Origin: Myxococcota bacterium
GTDB taxonomy: Bacteria; Myxococcota_A; UBA796; GCA-2862545
Assembly: GCA_039208735.1 (NCBI GenBank)
Contig: JBCCQY010000187.1
Span: 1-16,883 of the forward strand
Length of the DNA stretch: 16,883 nucleotides
Reading direction: 5' to 3'
A program made the position numbers and the translations under genes. Each line of letters starts with the position of its first letter. Within the stretch, counting starts at the first letter, position 1. Below, piece by piece: positions 16,204 through 16,883 of this stretch. The notes under the pieces are model-generated. The model did no database searches, had not been told where the DNA came from, and saw only the letters and a program-made list of their open reading frames with translations.

Positions 16204-16568
16204 CCGGCAAACCCAGCCAGCCCCGCCACTGAGACAGCCAAAAACAAGCTCCACTGAGGGAGTTCCCAGGCGGTGCGCCCGGTCGTGGCAACGAGCAGTC
16301 CCGACCATCCGGCAAACGCGACGGCGAGTGCCGTTAGCAGCGCGGCGATGTCGGCCCCGTCGGGGTTGAGGGCAGCGTAGCCGTACCCCACGGCCATGGC
16401 CATGAGCACCAGGGTGACCAAGTGCCAACAGTAGTAGTTCGTGTACCGGGACACAGGTGGCAGGTCGCTTTCCAACAATGGACCTGCAATGGCGGGCCCG
16501 CCAACGAAGGTGTGCAAGGCCCAAGTGGCGCCGGACAGCGCGGCAGCCAGTGCGAACGCGATGTTCAT
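16200..16568 (-). CDS. Small four-TM membrane protein (H..GG / WH motif family)
   Basis: AAGGAGG RBS before ATG16568; LHTFVGG, CWHLVT and LPQW motifs; four hydrophobic segments. Confidence 0.8.
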   Translation of the reverse strand: MNIAFALAAALSGATWALHTFVGGPAIAGPLLESDLPPVSRYTNYYCWHLVTLVLMAMAVGYGYAALNPDGADIAALLTALAVAFAGWSGLLVATTGRTAWELPQWSLFLAVSVAGLAGFAG

Positions 16569-16581
16569 CTTGTCCTCCTTC

Positions 16582-16602
16582 CATACCATAACTTATGGTA
16601 TG
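16582..16602. promoter_or_regulatory. Perfect palindrome, likely TetR operator
   Basis: cataccataa-c-ttatggtatg (10-bp arms) immediately upstream of the RBS of the membrane protein-TetR operon. Confidence 0.8.
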
Positions 16603-16883
16603 TTGCCTGACTGCGTGAGTCTGCAGACGCGTAGCGCCGAAGGCCACGATGGATTCGTTGGCCTTCGTTGGAGACGGTCGCATCGCTGCGCACCATTTCG
16701 TGACGCGATTACCTCAACACCCTCTTCGAACGCCAACCGCGTACTACAGCAGTGCTCAGCGAAGTCGGTCAGGTCATGACACCGCATAGCCGCACCCCCG
16801 AGCCCAGGAACGGCACAGCGTCGAGGTCACCTCGTCCCAGCGTCGCTTGGCGCAAGACACGAGGGTCTCGATCGAGCGGCTCG

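Noticed and set aside
1..16883. CRISPR array, rRNA, IS/transposase or phage genes
   Set aside because: No regularly spaced repeats and no recognisable motifs for these in any listed ORF.
16690..16883. Possible 3' end of a minus-strand gene entering from the right edge
   Set aside because: Two short open frames exist but neither has a recognisable motif; cannot be supported without flanking sequence.

Overview
High-GC bacterial DNA. Short-signal Cys-rich lipoproteins and a myxobacterial-type ferritin-like gene suggest Myxococcota (inference). About 18 credible CDS. The most unusual part is the first ~2.9 kb. A 56-bp direct repeat (1-56 vs 2881-2936, 54/56 identical) appears to carry the last codons and stop of a gene. 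It brackets a lower-GC module with a tRNA-like 3'-half remnant, hairpins and two translationally coupled orphan lipoprotein genes: a Cys-rich one whose start looks frameshifted, and an HExxH zinc metallopeptidase. The rest is mostly metabolic/accessory: GST-like protein, two tandem DUF5362-like membrane paralogs, HAD-IB/PlsC acyltransferase fusion, ferritin-like protein with apparently substituted ligands, an orphan membrane protein, a Cys-rich lipoprotein, enoyl-CoA hydratase divergent from an HxlR regulator with a tandem operator, family I lipase plus a foldase that seems lipid-anchored, GH13 alpha-amylase, a RIO1-type kinase directly followed by a YbhB/YbcL (RKIP/PEBP-like) gene, and a membrane protein-TetR pair with a perfect palindromic operator. 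No integrase, transposase, CRISPR array, rRNA or complete tRNA is visible. All family calls come from motif recognition by eye, not database searches.
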